64,000 nt of DNA from Polaromonas sp. (GTDB taxonomy: Bacteria > Pseudomonadota > Gammaproteobacteria > Burkholderiales > Burkholderiaceae_C). The translations under genes and the position numbers were made by a program. Below the pieces are notes generated by a model. It was not told the DNA's origin. It made no database searches and saw only the letters and a program-made list of their open reading frames with translations. Position 1 is the stretch's first letter; every line of letters starts with the position of its first letter. Shown here piece by piece: positions 29,895-39,693 of this stretch. Location: positions 35,113 to 99,112 of the forward strand of contig CBDDGX010000032.1 of the NCBI GenBank assembly GCA_965228025.1, read 5' to 3'.

Positions 29895-30734
29895 TTAACC
29901 GCGTGCGCGCTGGTACAGGCCCTGAACCTTGGGCACATTCGCCTGTAGCTGGCGGATGCGGTCCGGGCCGGACGGGTGGGTGGACAAGAAGCTCGGACCA
30001 CCAGCGCCCCCGCTGGCCTGGCCCATCTTTTCCCACAGGCTGACGGCAGCTTGCGGGTTGTAGCCGCCGCGTGCGGCGAGTTCAAGGCCCACCAGGTCGG
30101 CATCGGTCTCGTCTTCACGGCTGAAACGCAGCGTCAGCAACTGCGTGCCCACATTGGCGGCAAGATCACCCACCTGGCCGAGTCCCAGCAACTGGGCACC
30201 CAGCGACAGCAACGTGCCGGTGCCCTGGCTTTTGGCAATGCGGGCGCGGGCGTGCTCACGCAGTGCGTGGGCCATTTCGTGGCCCATGATCATGGCGGCT
30301 TCGTCGTCGGTGAGTTTGAGCTGGTCGAGGATGCCTGTGTAGAACGCGATCTTGCCGCCGGGCATGCAAAAGGCGTTGAGCTCCTTGCTGCCCAGCAGGT
30401 TGACCTGCCAGTTCCATTGTTTGGCGCGGTCGTTCCACTGTGCGGTTTGAGGTATCAGCTTTGAAGCAATATTGCGAAGACGCTGCAGTTGCGGGAAGCC
30501 GGCGGGTGCAAGCGCACCTTTGGCTTTGGCCTCGGCGAGCATCTTGGCGTATTCCTGTGTGGCGGCGTTTTCAAGGTCTTCCGCCGGAATCAGCTTGCGG
30601 AAGTTGGACGACGGCCCTACCTCAACCTGCGCCAGGGCAGGTACGGCAGCAGTCGCAGCAACGATGCCCGCGCCCAGCATGAAACCCCGGCGGCCAGCCC
30701 AGGCAGAATTTTTGGCCTCACATAGATAGCACAT
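29895..30734 (-). CDS. M48 family metallopeptidase
   Basis: NAFCMPGGKI, HEMAH zinc motif, FSREDETDAD, STHP; twin-Arg-like GRRGF. Confidence 0.92.
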   Translation of the reverse strand: MCYLCEAKNSAWAGRRGFMLGAGIVAATAAVPALAQVEVGPSSNFRKLIPAEDLENAATQEYAKMLAEAKAKGALAPAGFPQLQRLRNIASKLIPQTAQWNDRAKQWNWQVNLLGSKELNAFCMPGGKIAFYTGILDQLKLTDDEAAMIMGHEMAHALREHARARIAKSQGTGTLLSLGAQLLGLGQVGDLAANVGTQLLTLRFSREDETDADLVGLELAARGGYNPQAAVSLWEKMGQASGGAGGPSFLSTHPSGPDRIRQLQANVPKVQGLYQRARG

Positions 30735-30765
30735 GCGTGAATAATAGTGACAAACCGAAAGACCC

Positions 30766-32139
30766 ATGTCAGAAAAAACCCCTTCTTTAACTGAGTCGGC
30801 CCCCAACGTCCCGCCACCCGGCGATGCCCCCGCCGCAAAGGCGGGCTGGCGCGACATCTGGAAGGTCTACACCGAAGCGGCCACTCTGCGCATGCTGCTG
30901 CTGGGCTTTTCTGCAGGATTGCCCCTGCTGCTGGTGTTCGGCACCCTGAGCTTCTGGCTGCGCGAAGCAGGTATCAACCGCACCACCATCGGCTTTTTAA
31001 GCTGGGTCGGCCTGGCCTACGGTTTCAAATGGGTCTGGGCGCCGCTGGTAGACCGCATGCCCATTCCGGTTTTGACGCGCCTGCTGGGCCGCCGCCGCAG
31101 CTGGCTGCTGCTGTCGCAGCTGACCATTGTTGCCGCGCTTGTCGGCATGGCGCTGACCGATCCCCGGCTGGCGCTGATGCCCGTGGTGTGGTGTGCGCTC
31201 GCCGTGGCTTTCGGTTCAGCCACACAGGACATCGCACTTGACGCTTATCGCATCGAATCCGCCGACATCCAGCGCCAGGCTGCGCTGGCCGCCAGCTACC
31301 AGACGGGCTACCGCATCGCCATGATCTGGGCCGGCGCGGGTGCGCTGTGGATTGCCGCGCGGGCAGAGGTGGCGGGCGTGACGGGCTACCAGCAGGGTGC
31401 ATGGCAGACGGCGTATCTGGTGATGGCGGTATCGATGCTGCTGGGCGTGGTGACCGTGCTGCTGTCACCCGAACCTGTGGCGCGGCCACTGGCACCCTCG
31501 CGCAATGCAGCCGAGTGGCTCAGGAGTGCGCTGGTCGAACCCTTTGCCGATTTTTTGCGTCGCTACGGCAAGCAGGCCGTCCTGATACTTGCACTCATTG
31601 CCGTCTACCGCATCAGCGACGTCGTCATGGGCATCATGGCCAACCCTTTCTATGTAGACATGGGTTACACCAAGGACGAGGTCGCTGCTGTCACAAAAAT
31701 CTACGGCGTCATCATGACGCTGGCCGGTGCCTTTGTCGGTGGTGCGCTGGCCATGCGCTTTGGCGTGATGAAGGTACTGATGCTCGGCGCCGCGCTAAGC
31801 GCCGGCAGCAACCTGCTGTTCGCATGGCTGGGTTCGCGCGGGCATGATGTCAATGCACTGATCTTTGTGATCTCTGCCGACAACCTCTCCAGCGGCATTG
31901 CATCGGCGGCCTTTATTGCCTACCTGTCGAGCCTGACCAACATCAACTATTCAGCGACGCAGTACGCGCTGTTCAGTTCGATGATGCTGCTACTGCCGAA
32001 ATTTCTGGCTGGCTATTCGGGCAAATATGTGGACACTTTTGGCTACACGCACTTCTTCACCGCAACCGCAATTCTGGGCCTGCCGGTGCTGATTCTGGTG
32101 TGGCTGGCGTCGCGCATGAAAAAACCCGAAGGTGCTTGA
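30766..32139 (+). CDS. ampG: AmpG muropeptide MFS permease
   Basis: LGFSAGLPLLL, WAPLVDR, SATQDIALDAYRIE, ATQYALFSS. Confidence 0.93.
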   Translation: MSEKTPSLTESAPNVPPPGDAPAAKAGWRDIWKVYTEAATLRMLLLGFSAGLPLLLVFGTLSFWLREAGINRTTIGFLSWVGLAYGFKWVWAPLVDRMPIPVLTRLLGRRRSWLLLSQLTIVAALVGMALTDPRLALMPVVWCALAVAFGSATQDIALDAYRIESADIQRQAALAASYQTGYRIAMIWAGAGALWIAARAEVAGVTGYQQGAWQTAYLVMAVSMLLGVVTVLLSPEPVARPLAPSRNAAEWLRSALVEPFADFLRRYGKQAVLILALIAVYRISDVVMGIMANPFYVDMGYTKDEVAAVTKIYGVIMTLAGAFVGGALAMRFGVMKVLMLGAALSAGSNLLFAWLGSRGHDVNALIFVISADNLSSGIASAAFIAYLSSLTNINYSATQYALFSSMMLLLPKFLAGYSGKYVDTFGYTHFFTATAILGLPVLILVWLASRMKKPEGA

Positions 32140-32251
32140 CACCCACTGATGACGACCGGCGCGCCCCTTGTCAGGAGTGTTTTTGTCTTACATCCATCAG
32201 ACCCGGGCCGCGCTAAGCTGAAAATTCACCGATCGATGGTCAAAGTATCGG

Positions 32252-32267
32252 TTTACCGCAACTTTAC
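32252..32267. promoter_or_regulatory. TTTAC direct repeat (11-bp period), possible OmpR/CpxR-type site
   Basis: TTTAC-CGCAAC-TTTAC upstream of an OmpR-family response regulator. Confidence 0.35.
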
Positions 32268-32352
32268 GGTGCCTACAAGCACACTTGTTTTGTAAAGCGC
32301 ACCATTCTTTACCGCGATTCACGGGGCACGCCCCGCAATGGAGGACTCGCTT

Positions 32353-33072
32353 ATGGCTCAACAGCAACTTTTAATGATTGAAGACGACACCCGCCTGGCC
32401 AACATGGTGGGTGAATACCTTCGCCAGTCCGGCTATGGTTTTGTGCATGCTGCCGACGGGGCTGCGGGGCTGGCCGCACTTCAGGCCAATACTCCTGACC
32501 TTGTCATTCTTGACCTGATGCTGCCCGACATGGACGGCCTGGAAGTCTGCCGCCGCATCAAGCAGGGCGGCGAACAGGCACGAACCGCTGTGCTCATGCT
32601 CACCGCCAAGGGCGACCCCATGGACCGCATCGTCGGCCTTGAGATCGGCGCTGACGACTACCTTCCCAAGCCGTTCGAACCGCGTGAACTGCTGGCCCGC
32701 ATCCGCGCCGTGCTTCGTCGCGGCGGCGAAGGCGCTGCCGCAGGCAGCAGTAACAGCCTGCAGAAAGTCATGCGCTTCGGCTCTCTTGAAATTGACCGGG
32801 ACGCGCGTACCGTCACGGTATCGGGCAACGTTTGCGAACTCACCTCCTACCAGTTCGATTTGCTGGTGGCGCTGGCCGAGCGCTCGGGCCGGGTGCTGAG
32901 CCGCGACCAGATCATGGAAGCCGTGCGCGGCCGTGAACTCGAGGCCTTTGACCGCTCCATCGACGTGCACATGGGCCGCATCCGTAGCGCGATCGAGGCC
33001 GACCCGAAAGACCCGAAACGCATACTGACGGTGCGTGGTGTCGGCTACGTTTTCGCCAAGCAACAAGATTAG
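32353..33072 (+). CDS. OmpR-family response regulator
   Basis: IEDD, ILDLMLP, LTAKG, ADDYLPKPF, winged helix. Confidence 0.95.
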   Translation: MAQQQLLMIEDDTRLANMVGEYLRQSGYGFVHAADGAAGLAALQANTPDLVILDLMLPDMDGLEVCRRIKQGGEQARTAVLMLTAKGDPMDRIVGLEIGADDYLPKPFEPRELLARIRAVLRRGGEGAAAGSSNSLQKVMRFGSLEIDRDARTVTVSGNVCELTSYQFDLLVALAERSGRVLSRDQIMEAVRGRELEAFDRSIDVHMGRIRSAIEADPKDPKRILTVRGVGYVFAKQQD

Positions 33073-33084
33073 CAAGGCAGCACC

Positions 33085-34305
33085 ATGCAGCAGATGTGGA
33101 CACGGTTCGCCTCACACCTTTATGTCCGCATCTGGCTGGCCGTGGTCGCCACCGTGGTGGTACTGACCTTTCTGGTCGCAGCCGCCTGGCGCTTTACCAA
33201 AGACCCGCCGCAGCTACCGATACGCGAGGTGCTGGTGCACAACACCAACGGTGAAGTCATTGGTACCGCACAAACCAAACCCGGCCGCAAGCTCGGCGAC
33301 GACCTGGAGTTTGATGTCGTCACGAAGGACGGACAGTCGCTGAGGCTGCTGCTGCCGCGGCCCAAGCGCCCGCCACCACCGCCCTGGGGTCGCCCGCCAT
33401 TTGACTTTGGCTGGATGCTCATCGTTGTGGGTCTGGCTGTCGCCGTCGGCGCCTACCCCGTCATGCGCCGCCTGACGCTCAGGCTTGAATCGCTGCAACG
33501 CGGCGTCGAACGCTGGGGCGAAGGCGACCTCTCTGCACGCGTCAGCGCCGAAGGCAGCGACGAAGTGGCATTTCTGGCCGCACGCTTTAACCATGCGGCA
33601 GAGCGCATCGAAACGCTTATGAACTCGCACAAGTCGCTGCTGGCGAATGCCTCGCATGAGCTGCGTTCACCACTGGCCCGCATTCGCATGGGGCTTGAAC
33701 TCATGGGCGCTGATGCCAACTCGCCGCAGCGCATTGAAATCTCGCGCAGCATCAGCGAGCTGGACCAGCTGATTGACGAGATTTTGCTGGCCAGTCGCCT
33801 CGATGCCCGGCAGTCAGACGCCGAACCTTTTGAGCGCCTGGACCTGACCGGCCTGGCCGCAGAAGAATGTTCGCGCGTGAATGCCGAATTGAGCGCAGAC
33901 CTGGATGCCGGAGCGTCCAGCCAGACTGGCGACGCCGGCCGCAGCCTGACGCTGCAGGGCTCACCGCGCCTGCTGCGCCGCCTGATACGCAACCTGCTTG
34001 AGAACGCCAGGCGTTACAGCACTGGCGATATCACCCTGGAGCTTTCACAAATCAAAAAGGGCGGCAAGGAAATCGCCGTCATCAAGGTCAACGACCGCGG
34101 CCCGGGCGTACCCGAAGCCCAGCGCGAGCGCATCTTTGAACCCTTCTACCGCCTGCCTGGCGCAAGCGAGCGTGAAGGCGGTGTGGGCCTGGGCCTGGCA
34201 CTGGTCAAGTCCATCAGCCAGCGCCACGGCGGCACTGTGCGCTGTGAGGGGCGGCCAAGTGGTGGCGCCTCATTTGTCGTCGAGTTGCCCAAGCAGCAGG
34301 CCTGA
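33085..34305 (+). CDS. HAMP sensor histidine kinase
   Basis: SHELRSPL H-box, NLLENA, DRGPG, GGVGLGL. Confidence 0.95.
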   Translation: MQQMWTRFASHLYVRIWLAVVATVVVLTFLVAAAWRFTKDPPQLPIREVLVHNTNGEVIGTAQTKPGRKLGDDLEFDVVTKDGQSLRLLLPRPKRPPPPPWGRPPFDFGWMLIVVGLAVAVGAYPVMRRLTLRLESLQRGVERWGEGDLSARVSAEGSDEVAFLAARFNHAAERIETLMNSHKSLLANASHELRSPLARIRMGLELMGADANSPQRIEISRSISELDQLIDEILLASRLDARQSDAEPFERLDLTGLAAEECSRVNAELSADLDAGASSQTGDAGRSLTLQGSPRLLRRLIRNLLENARRYSTGDITLELSQIKKGGKEIAVIKVNDRGPGVPEAQRERIFEPFYRLPGASEREGGVGLGLALVKSISQRHGGTVRCEGRPSGGASFVVELPKQQA

Positions 34306-34341
34306 GACTTCTTTTCATCTGGCCGAATCTGGCCAGGCCGA

Positions 34342-35394
34342 TCAAAGTTCCGCGAACAGCTCGCGCGTCAGTTGCGCTGCTGGAATCTCGCGACACGCAC
34401 TGTTGTTCTGACCGGACCACAGAGGCGAAAAATCCCCAAGGCCCAGACTTTCAGCGCGGGCGCGCAGGGGTGCTATCGCGGCGGTGGCCAGTGGAAACGC
34501 CGGCGGCGCAGCGCTCAGGGAGCCGAGTTCCCGCATCACGCGGTTCATGATGCCACGCGCCGGCCTGCCGGTGAACAGATTGGTCAATGCGGTATGGCTG
34601 GCAGCGCCGCTTTTGAATGCCGCCCGGTGCACGGCGCTGGTAGTGGCTTCCGGGCACAACATGTAGGCCGTGCCCACCTGCACGGCGGAGGCCCCCAGCG
34701 CCAGCGCTGCAGCAACACCTCTGGCATCTGCAATACCGCCTGCGGCAATCACGGGAACATCCACGGCGTTCACGATTTGCGGCAGCAGGGCAAAGCTGCC
34801 CAGTTGGGTGCTCACTTCGTCAGTGAGAAACATGCCGCGATGCCCGCCCGCTTCCAGGCCCTGGGCAATGATGGCGTCAGCGCCGTGCGCTTCAAGCCAG
34901 CGCGCTTCTGCTACCGTGGTCGCCGACGCCAATACAACGGCACCCCAGGCGCGTACCCTGGCCAGCAGGTCTGGGGATGGCAGGCCGAAATGAAAACTCA
35001 CCACAGCGGGCTTGAAGGCCTCCAGCACATCAGCCGCTTCATGGCTGAAGGGCGAGCGGCCCGCACCCGGTGGCACGGTGGCTGCATCCAGACCCAGTTC
35101 AGCGTAATAGGGCGTCAGCGCTTTTCGCCATGCTGCCTCACGTTCGGCGCTGACCACCGGCGGTTCATGACAGAAAAAATTAACGTTGTACGGCTTGCTT
35201 GTTTGTTTGCTGATGATGTCCAGCTCGCCTTGCAGGGCCTGCAGGCTCAGCATGGCGCAGGGCAAAGACCCCAGGCCGCCAGCATTGCAGACGGCGACCA
35301 CCATGGCGCTGCCTTGCACGCCCGCCATGGGCGCCTGGATCAGGGGCAGCTCTATGCCCAGCAAGGTCTTGAGGAACGTCTGTTGTGCTTTCAT
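34342..35394 (-). CDS. Nitronate monooxygenase family flavoprotein
   Basis: LIQAPMAG, QGLEAGGHRG, IAAGGIAD, VQVGTAY. Confidence 0.9.
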   Translation of the reverse strand: MKAQQTFLKTLLGIELPLIQAPMAGVQGSAMVVAVCNAGGLGSLPCAMLSLQALQGELDIISKQTSKPYNVNFFCHEPPVVSAEREAAWRKALTPYYAELGLDAATVPPGAGRSPFSHEAADVLEAFKPAVVSFHFGLPSPDLLARVRAWGAVVLASATTVAEARWLEAHGADAIIAQGLEAGGHRGMFLTDEVSTQLGSFALLPQIVNAVDVPVIAAGGIADARGVAAALALGASAVQVGTAYMLCPEATTSAVHRAAFKSGAASHTALTNLFTGRPARGIMNRVMRELGSLSAAPPAFPLATAAIAPLRARAESLGLGDFSPLWSGQNNSACREIPAAQLTRELFAEL

Positions 35395-35433
35395 GGCTTT
35401 CCCCCGTATGTATGCGTGTCTGCGAGTCGTCTT

Positions 35434-36552
35434 TCAACTTGCCAGAACGGCCTGTTGCAAGCCATCGATCACACGCTGCGCACCGATGTCATTGAGGCAG
35501 CGCGTGTGGCCCAGCGGGCACTCACGCTCGAAGCAGGGTGCACAGTCGAGCGGCGGCATGTAAGCGGGATCATTCTTTAGCCAGAGCACCGTAGCCTTGC
35601 TGCTCAGCGGCGGCGTGTGCAGTGGGCTCGAAGATCCGAAGACCGCAACCTGCGGCACGCCAAATGCCGCCGCCACATGCATGAGGCCGGAGTCATTGCT
35701 GATGGTCGCCTTGCTTGCCGCAATCAGGCACAGCGCCTGCAGCAGCGAGGTGCGGCCTGCGAAGTTGATGCACTGGCCGGGCGCTGCGGCATTCACAGGC
35801 GCGGCGATTTCATCGCAGAGCGGGGCTTCCTTTCCGGAGCCGAGCAACACGACCGGCTTGTCGAGCTGCGCGGCCAGTTCGGAGAAATGCCGCGCGGGCC
35901 AGCGCTTGGCAGGGCCGTATTCGGCGCCTGGTGCGAACACGTAAAAACCGCCGCGCTGCAGGCCGAGTTCTGCAAGGGTGTGTTCAATATCTGCTTCGCC
36001 CATCTGCAGTTGAGGGCGATCTGTTTCCAGACCACTTTCACCACTGAGCGCGGAATAAAACGCCACCATGGGCGGCTTGTTTTTCGGGTTCTTGAGGCGG
36101 TGCGTCAGCAGGCCGACACGTGCCTCGCCGAAGTAGCCTATGCGCTCGGGAATACTCGCCAGGAAAGGCAGCAACGCGCTTTTGAGCGAATTGGGCAGCA
36201 CATAGGCTTTGTCGAATTGGCCCTGAATGCGTTTGGCAAGTGCCCGCCGCTCCCGAAACTGCAGGCCACCGTGTGCGAACGGGAATTCAATGACTTCGGC
36301 CACCTGCGGCATGGCGCGGTAGACCGGCGCGACCCAAGGCAGTGCTCCGACGGTGAGCTTTTCGCCCCGCGCCGCCAGGCGACGCATCAGCGGCTCGGTC
36401 ATGACTGCATCCCCAATCCACTGGGGCGCAATGATTAAGGAAGCCCCCCCATGACGGCCTGCGGCCGTCTCCCCCCCTGGGGGGCGCCGCTGGCGGCCCG
36501 ATGAAACCGTTAAGGCCGGTTCCGCGGCGGCCGCTTGCGGGGGAAGCGGCAC
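35434..36552 (-). CDS. waaF: LPS heptosyltransferase II (N-terminal ~35 aa repeat-derived)
   Basis: APQWIGDAVM, APGAEYGPAKRWP, NDSGLMHVAAA. Confidence 0.93.
   Translation of the reverse strand: MPLPPQAAAAEPALTVSSGRQRRPPGGETAAGRHGGASLIIAPQWIGDAVMTEPLMRRLAARGEKLTVGALPWVAPVYRAMPQVAEVIEFPFAHGGLQFRERRALAKRIQGQFDKAYVLPNSLKSALLPFLASIPERIGYFGEARVGLLTHRLKNPKNKPPMVAFYSALSGESGLETDRPQLQMGEADIEHTLAELGLQRGGFYVFAPGAEYGPAKRWPARHFSELAAQLDKPVVLLGSGKEAPLCDEIAAPVNAAAPGQCINFAGRTSLLQALCLIAASKATISNDSGLMHVAAAFGVPQVAVFGSSSPLHTPPLSSKATVLWLKNDPAYMPPLDCAPCFERECPLGHTRCLNDIGAQRVIDGLQQAVLAS
36444..36545. repeat. CCCCCC-GGGGGG palindromic repeat family (copy 2), within the waaF 5' end
   Basis: GACGGCCTGCGGCCGTCTCCCCCCCTGGGGGGCGCCGCTGGCGGCCCG...GCCGGTTCCGCGGCGGCCGCTTG resembles 55505-55567. 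Confidence 0.75.
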
Positions 36553-36553
36553 G

Positions 36554-36766
36554 TTAGTGGCCAGCGCCGAAGTGTTCGCCCGCCTTCAGCGCGTAAACCG
36601 TGCCGCAATACGGGCACTTGGCACTGCCGGTGCGCGCCACGTCCAGGTAAACCTTGGGATGGCTGTTCCAGATCTTCATGTCGGCCTTGGGGCTGGGGCA
36701 GAACACGCCGCCCTGATGGTTCAGGTCAGAGGCTAGCAATTCAACGGGGGCAATGGTGATGGTCAT
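36554..36766 (-). CDS. Small zinc-finger protein (zf-CHCC type)
   Basis: VFCP...WNSHPKVYL...KCPYCGT. Confidence 0.88.
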   Translation of the reverse strand: MTITIAPVELLASDLNHQGGVFCPSPKADMKIWNSHPKVYLDVARTGSAKCPYCGTVYALKAGEHFGAGH

Positions 36767-36778
36767 GATGAATGGGCC

Positions 36779-37717
36779 TCAAACTTTCGTAAGCCAGTGT
36801 GCGTACTTGGGATTGCGGCCATTGACGATGTCAAAAAACGCAGCCTGGATTTTTTCGGTGATCGGGCCGCGTGAGCCGATGCCGATCTCAATGCGGTCGA
36901 GTTCGCGGATAGGTGTGACTTCAGCGGCCGTGCCGGTAAAGAAGGCTTCATCGGCGATGTAGACCTCATCACGTGTGATGCGCTTTTGCACCAGCTCCAG
37001 GCCCAGGTCCTTGCAGATGTGCATGACGGTGTTGCGGGTGATGCCGTTGAGTGCGCCGGCAGACAGGTCGGGCGTGTACACCACGCCGCCCTTGACGACA
37101 AAAATGTTCTCGCCAGCGCCTTCGCTGACAAAACCCGACGCGTCGAGCAGCAGGGCTTCGTCGTAGCCGTCGTCCAGCGCTTCCATGTTGGCAAGGATGG
37201 AGTTGGTGTAGTTGCTGACAGCCTTGGCCTGCGTCATGGTGATGTTGACGTGGTGACGGGTGTAGCTCGATGTCTTGACGCGAATGCCGCGCTTCATGCC
37301 CTCTTCACCCAGGTAGGCACCCCATTCCCAGGCCGCGACCATGGCGTGAATGGTGTTGCCGCGCGGGCTGACGCCCAGCTTTTGCGAACCTATCCAGGTC
37401 AGGGGGCGCAGGTAGCCGCTCTCCAGCTTGTTCTCGCGCACGACGGCTTTCTGGGCTTCGTTGATTTCCTGCTGGGTGAAGGGGATCTTCATGCGCAGGA
37501 TCTTGGCGCTGTTGAAGAAACGCTCGGTGTGTTCTTCCATGCGGAAGATGGCTGTGCCGTTAACCGTCTTGTAGGCGCGCACACCTTCAAAAGCGCCGCA
37601 GCCGTAATGCAGGGTGTGGCTGAGCACGTGGATCTTGGCGTCACGCCAGTCGACCATCTGGCCGTCCATCCAGATTTTGCCGTCGCGGTCTGCCATGGAG
37701 GGTGTTACTGGGGACAT
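36779..37717 (-). CDS. ilvE: Branched-chain amino acid aminotransferase
   Basis: LHYGCGAFEG, AKAVSNY, SEGAGENIF, FFTGTAAEV. Confidence 0.96.
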   Translation of the reverse strand: MSPVTPSMADRDGKIWMDGQMVDWRDAKIHVLSHTLHYGCGAFEGVRAYKTVNGTAIFRMEEHTERFFNSAKILRMKIPFTQQEINEAQKAVVRENKLESGYLRPLTWIGSQKLGVSPRGNTIHAMVAAWEWGAYLGEEGMKRGIRVKTSSYTRHHVNITMTQAKAVSNYTNSILANMEALDDGYDEALLLDASGFVSEGAGENIFVVKGGVVYTPDLSAGALNGITRNTVMHICKDLGLELVQKRITRDEVYIADEAFFTGTAAEVTPIRELDRIEIGIGSRGPITEKIQAAFFDIVNGRNPKYAHWLTKV

Positions 37718-37838
37718 GGTGATGTGATCCTGTGGTGATGTCGTGGTTGTTCTGGTCAGTCAGGTGCAGCCCGCCGGCTGGCGGCGGCTGCTAAAACCCG
37801 AAACCACGATTTTACGGGGCGGGAGCAATACAGGCAGA

Positions 37839-38273
37839 TCAGGCCGGCGGCAACTCGGACGGGGTGGGCGTCGGCGGGTCTTCCGGCTGCGGCCTGAAGA
37901 GTTCATGGTGCGACAGCTTGCCGCTCACAAAGGTGGCCGTCACGCGCGACTCGGAGCCGTCAGTCCAGGCGAACACTTCGGGCTGTGTGTCTTTTGGCGA
38001 CTTGAGCTCCCCCAGTGCCTTGGTCATGGCAATCACGTGCATCAGCGTCATGCCGGGCTTGAGTTTGGCATTGAGCATGACGGCGCTGTCGACATAACCA
38101 ATGGGCCGGTTGGCGGCGCGCTTGAGCACCTGCATCATGCGGTTGAAGTTGAGCAGCACCCAGAACACCAGCATGGACACCACACCGGCCACACCCTGCC
38201 AGCCGTAGAAGCGGTAAGCCAGGACGACGGCGGCGATGCCTGCGATGGGGACAAATATCTTTTGAAAGTTCAT
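37839..38273 (-). CDS. Conserved hypothetical membrane protein
   Basis: Two N-terminal TMs, then RPIGYVDSAVMLNAKL; host-like codon usage. Confidence 0.75.
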   Translation of the reverse strand: MNFQKIFVPIAGIAAVVLAYRFYGWQGVAGVVSMLVFWVLLNFNRMMQVLKRAANRPIGYVDSAVMLNAKLKPGMTLMHVIAMTKALGELKSPKDTQPEVFAWTDGSESRVTATFVSGKLSHHELFRPQPEDPPTPTPSELPPA

Positions 38274-38454
38274 GCCGCTATTTTCGCAGCATGGCGGGGG
38301 GCTGGATTGTGGGCAATGCTTAGGGCATCACGCAGGGGTCATCGGCAGGTAAAGTTGCGGGAAGCGCCGTTGGCGCCGAACAGCGGACAGGTGCTGCCGC
38401 CCATAGCGGGCACCAAGTGCTTTAAACCCAATATCCCACTAGCTGCAGATCACG

Positions 38455-39348
38455 ATGTTGTTTTCCTTGTTGTCGAACGGTTCGCACGCCCAGCATGACG
38501 GGCAGGATGTGATGGTTCCGTGGTGGAGCTTCACGAAGACCGTGCTTGCGGCCGTGTCTCTTTCACTGGTACGCGATGGGTTGGTCAAGCTGGATGAGCC
38601 TGTTCCTGAAGGTCCGTTCACCCTGCGTCATTTGTTGCGGCACGAAGCCGGGCTGGCAGACTACGGCGAACTTGCCGAATATCACGCTGCCGTTGCGCGT
38701 GACGAGAAGCCGTGGCCTGTGGATGAAATGCTTCAACGCCTTGATGCGACGCGCTTGCGTTATGTGCCCGGGTCCAGCTGGCAATATTCAAACGTCGGCT
38801 ACATCTACGTCAGGAGGCTTATTGAACGTGTGGCAGGCCTCTCGCTCGAAGAAGCCCTGATGCAGCAAGCGTTGGGGCCACTCGGTTTGCCGGACGTTCG
38901 GCTGGCAAAGACGCGAGACGACCTGGCTGACTGCGCTGGAGTCACAGCCGCATATGACCCCGGGTGGGTTTATCACGGCCTGCTTGTCGGACCTCTCAAC
39001 AGTGCGGCGCTTTTTCTGGATCGCCTGTTTGCCGGACAACTCCTGCCAGACATTCTGCTGAAGGAGATGCAAGCCGCACGGGCCCTGGGGGGACCGATTC
39101 CAGGGCGGCCGTGGACCTCTGCGGGATATGGTCTTGGCCTCATGCAGGGTACCGTGGTCAAGGGAATTACCCTCTGCGGGCACACCGGGGCAGGGCCGGG
39201 CAGCGTGGTCGCCGTCTATCGCTCTGCCTGCGGCGTGAATACGGCTACCTGCGCCGCCTTTTTTGAGGGTTCTGAGCAGGGCCTGGTTGAATCAGAGGTC
39301 GTGAATCGCCTGTCCGCAACGTTGAAGCCCGCGAAACAGATTGGTTGA
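38455..39348 (+). CDS. Serine hydrolase, beta-lactamase/DD-peptidase family
   Basis: SFTK (SxxK), LLRHEAGL, YSN, GHTG. Confidence 0.85.
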   Translation: MLFSLLSNGSHAQHDGQDVMVPWWSFTKTVLAAVSLSLVRDGLVKLDEPVPEGPFTLRHLLRHEAGLADYGELAEYHAAVARDEKPWPVDEMLQRLDATRLRYVPGSSWQYSNVGYIYVRRLIERVAGLSLEEALMQQALGPLGLPDVRLAKTRDDLADCAGVTAAYDPGWVYHGLLVGPLNSAALFLDRLFAGQLLPDILLKEMQAARALGGPIPGRPWTSAGYGLGLMQGTVVKGITLCGHTGAGPGSVVAVYRSACGVNTATCAAFFEGSEQGLVESEVVNRLSATLKPAKQIG

Positions 39349-39490
39349 CAGTGCAAGCGAGGCGCGCATCTGGTTTCAGCAAAACCCATGACTGATTAGC
39401 CTGCCTTGTGCGCGTTGTGTGCGCAGAAAAAACGGTAAGAAATTGGCAGGCTTCACGCCCACAGCAGGCCACAATTTAACGTACACAGCA

Positions 39491-39672
39491 AAAATTTAAC
39501 GTACACGTTAAAAATTGCAAAAAGTTAATATGGGTGTTAACTTTTTTTGGCCACAAGAAGCCCAGCAGACATCAAAAAAGGTCGACAAATCGCAAAAAAG
39601 GCCCATTTTCAGGCATCAAACGGCCGTGAGCCAATAGATACGCGCGTGAGCAGCTACTAAATCAATAGCAAT
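39491..39672. repeat. AT-rich twin-hairpin element (copy 1)
   Basis: TTTAACGTACACGTTAAA; AAAAAGTTAA-N8-TTAACTTTTT; GCCAATAGATACGCGCGTGAGCAGCTA; matches 53456-53649. Confidence 0.8.
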
Positions 39673-39693
39673 TTCACACAAATGGGCCACTGA

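Noticed and set aside
37839-38273. 'Glycerate kinase' label often given to such proteins
   Set aside because: 144 aa with TM helices and no kinase motifs.
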